Of a DNA stretch of 33,942 nt, positions 32,556 through 33,942 are shown piece after piece (position 1 is the first letter of the stretch; the number at the start of each line of letters is the position of its first letter). The position numbers and the translations under genes were made by a program. This DNA comes from Lachnospiraceae bacterium (GTDB lineage Bacteria > Bacillota > Clostridia > Lachnospirales > Lachnospiraceae). Location: the NCBI GenBank assembly GCA_024684155.1, contig JAIKXK010000265.1, positions 1 through 33,942 of the forward strand. The letters are read 5' to 3'. The notes under the pieces are model-generated. The model had not been told where the DNA came from, searched no databases, and saw only the letters and a program-made list of their open reading frames with translations.

Positions 32556-33482
32556 ATGAAGAAAAAAATAGTAATTGCACTCGGACATAATGCATTAGGC
32601 ACTACTTTGCCAGAACAGCAGGAAGCAATCAAAAATACAGCAAAAGCGATTGCAGCCTTTGTAGAACAGGAATATCAGGTGGTAATTACACATTCTAACG
32701 GACCACAGGTAGGAATGATTCATACAGCTATGTCAGAATTTGCAAAGGCACATAGTGATTATACTGCAACACCTATGAGTGTATGTTCAGCTATGTCTCA
32801 GGGCTATATTGGATATGATTTGCAAAACGGAATTCGAAGCGAGTTAATTAGTCGTGGAATTTATAAAACAGTTTCTACAGTCCTTACTCAGGTAACAGTA
32901 GATCCTTATGATGAAGCTTTCTATAAACCAGGAAAGCAGATTGGCCGTATTCTTTCAAAAGAAGAAGCAGCACAGGAAGAAGCAAAAGGAAATCACGTAA
33001 CAGAAGTAGAGGGCGGATACCGCCGAGTGGTTGCTACACCAAAGCCTATGGAAGTGGTGGAACTTGATTCTATTAAAGCACTTTTAGATGCAGATCAGGT
33101 TGTGATTGCCTGCGGAGGTGGTGGTATTCCAGTACTTGCTCAGGGACATAATTTAAAGGGCGCATCTGCTGTTATTGAAAAGGATACAGCAGCAGGATTT
33201 TTAGCAGATCAGATTGAAGCAGAAATGCTTGTAATCTTAACTGGTGTGGAGAAGGTTTCATTGCATTATGGTATGCCAGATGAAAAACCAGTAGATTATA
33301 TTTCTGTTGCAGATGCAAAAGAAATGCTTGCAAATGGTGAGTTTGAAGCTCAGACTATGGCGCCTAAGATTCAGGCAGCTGTGGATTATATTGGGGATTC
33401 AGCAGTTCGTAAAACTTTAATTACAAAATTAACTTCCGAGTCAGTAGTTGGTGAAAAAACCGGAACTATGATTGGAAAGTAA
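32556..33482 (+). CDS. arcC: Carbamate kinase
   Basis: KIVIALGHNALG..VVITHSNGPQVG.., ..VIACGGGGIPV.. and ..VIEKDTAAGFLA..LVILTGVEKV match the amino-acid-kinase-fold carbamate kinase pattern, and the 308-aa length fits. Confidence 0.85.
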   Translation: MKKKIVIALGHNALGTTLPEQQEAIKNTAKAIAAFVEQEYQVVITHSNGPQVGMIHTAMSEFAKAHSDYTATPMSVCSAMSQGYIGYDLQNGIRSELISRGIYKTVSTVLTQVTVDPYDEAFYKPGKQIGRILSKEEAAQEEAKGNHVTEVEGGYRRVVATPKPMEVVELDSIKALLDADQVVIACGGGGIPVLAQGHNLKGASAVIEKDTAAGFLADQIEAEMLVILTGVEKVSLHYGMPDEKPVDYISVADAKEMLANGEFEAQTMAPKIQAAVDYIGDSAVRKTLITKLTSESVVGEKTGTMIGK

Positions 33483-33495
33483 GAAAGGTTATAAG

Positions 33496-33942
33496 ATGGA
33501 TTATAAGAGAAAAACCAAAATTATTTGCACGATTGGACCTGCTTCTCAGGACCAGGATACATTACGCAAGTTGATGCTTGCAGGTATGAATGTTTGTCGC
33601 TTGAATTTTTCCCATGGCGATTATGATGAACAGAGAGGAAAACTACAAAACATTCGTGCAGTCAGAGAAGAATTAAATCTTCCGATTGCTACTTTATTGG
33701 ATACCAAAGGACCAGAAATCCGATTAAAAGAGTTTAAAGATGGATTTATTATGTTAGAAGAAGGACAGGATTTTACTCTTTGCACAGAGGATGTGGTAGG
33801 CGATGAAACAAAGGTATCTATTACTTACAAGGGACTTACCTCAGATGTTAAAATCGGAGATCATATTTTAATTGACGATGGTCTTATTGAAATGATTGTA
33901 AAGGATGTAGAAGATACAGAAATCCTTTGCAAGGTTGTAAAT
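33496..33942 (+). CDS. pyk: Pyruvate kinase (5' part, runs off the window)
   Basis: KTKIICTIGPAS, GMNVCRLNFSHGDYDE and LLDTKGPEIR are canonical. The frame is open to the window end. Confidence 0.92.
   Translation, partial: MDYKRKTKIICTIGPASQDQDTLRKLMLAGMNVCRLNFSHGDYDEQRGKLQNIRAVREELNLPIATLLDTKGPEIRLKEFKDGFIMLEEGQDFTLCTEDVVGDETKVSITYKGLTSDVKIGDHILIDDGLIEMIVKDVEDTEILCKVVN

Noticed and set aside
32556-33482. Carbamate kinase without arcA/arcB/arcD neighbours and with HSNGPQVG instead of HGNGPQVG, as something unusual
   Set aside because: Stand-alone carbamate kinase paralogues are common in anaerobic Firmicutes. The single substitution is not interpretable from sequence alone, and the gene has its own promoter-like -10 element plus the upstream htrA terminator.
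1-33942. Mobile elements, prophage, toxin-antitoxin or known defence systems, tRNA/rRNA genes and riboswitches
   Set aside because: I saw no integrase, transposase or recombinase motifs, no terminal inverted repeats and no nuclease, helicase or methylase gene sets. The four intergenic regions over 70 nt are too short or unstructured for a recognisable RNA gene or riboswitch.

Overview
This is an AT-rich, Firmicutes/Clostridia-style window; the taxon is inferred from codon style and gene content. All 29 supportable CDS are on the + strand. I found no rRNA, tRNA, CRISPR, transposase, integrase or recognisable defence genes. Positions 1 to about 30975 form one tightly packed cell-envelope glycopolymer locus, with gaps mostly 0-20 nt, several stop/start overlaps and a single strong terminator at the end. 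It continues upstream of the window. The locus contains: (i) sugar-nucleotide genes: glf, rfbA, rfbC, an extended SDR and a UDPGP-family pyrophosphorylase; (ii) cytoplasmic glycosyltransferases: several GT2 (some modules look degenerate) and a WsaF-like GT-B; (iii) a polyprenyl-phosphate GT2 plus four or five polytopic GT-C-like membrane proteins; (iv) a Wzm/Wzt ABC exporter whose ATPase has a long C-terminal extension; (v) directly after it, a methyltransferase-like gene and a 976-aa protein that fuses a kinase-like domain to a GT-C-like membrane domain, which I read as a split, membrane-integrated WbdD-like chain terminator; (vi) a membrane-anchored ComEC/Pce-type metallo-beta-lactamase-fold protein; (vii) an embedded MacB-type exporter with two paralogous HlyD-like adaptors, one carrying an uninterrupted 81-residue Ser/Asp/Glu tract; (viii) a WbaP-type initiating phosphoglycosyl transferase and an LCP ligase. 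Downstream of the terminator are housekeeping genes: htrA, carbamate kinase and the 5' end of pyruvate kinase. All functional calls rest on motifs read by eye. No HMM, BLAST or structure search was possible, so family names below superfamily level are provisional.
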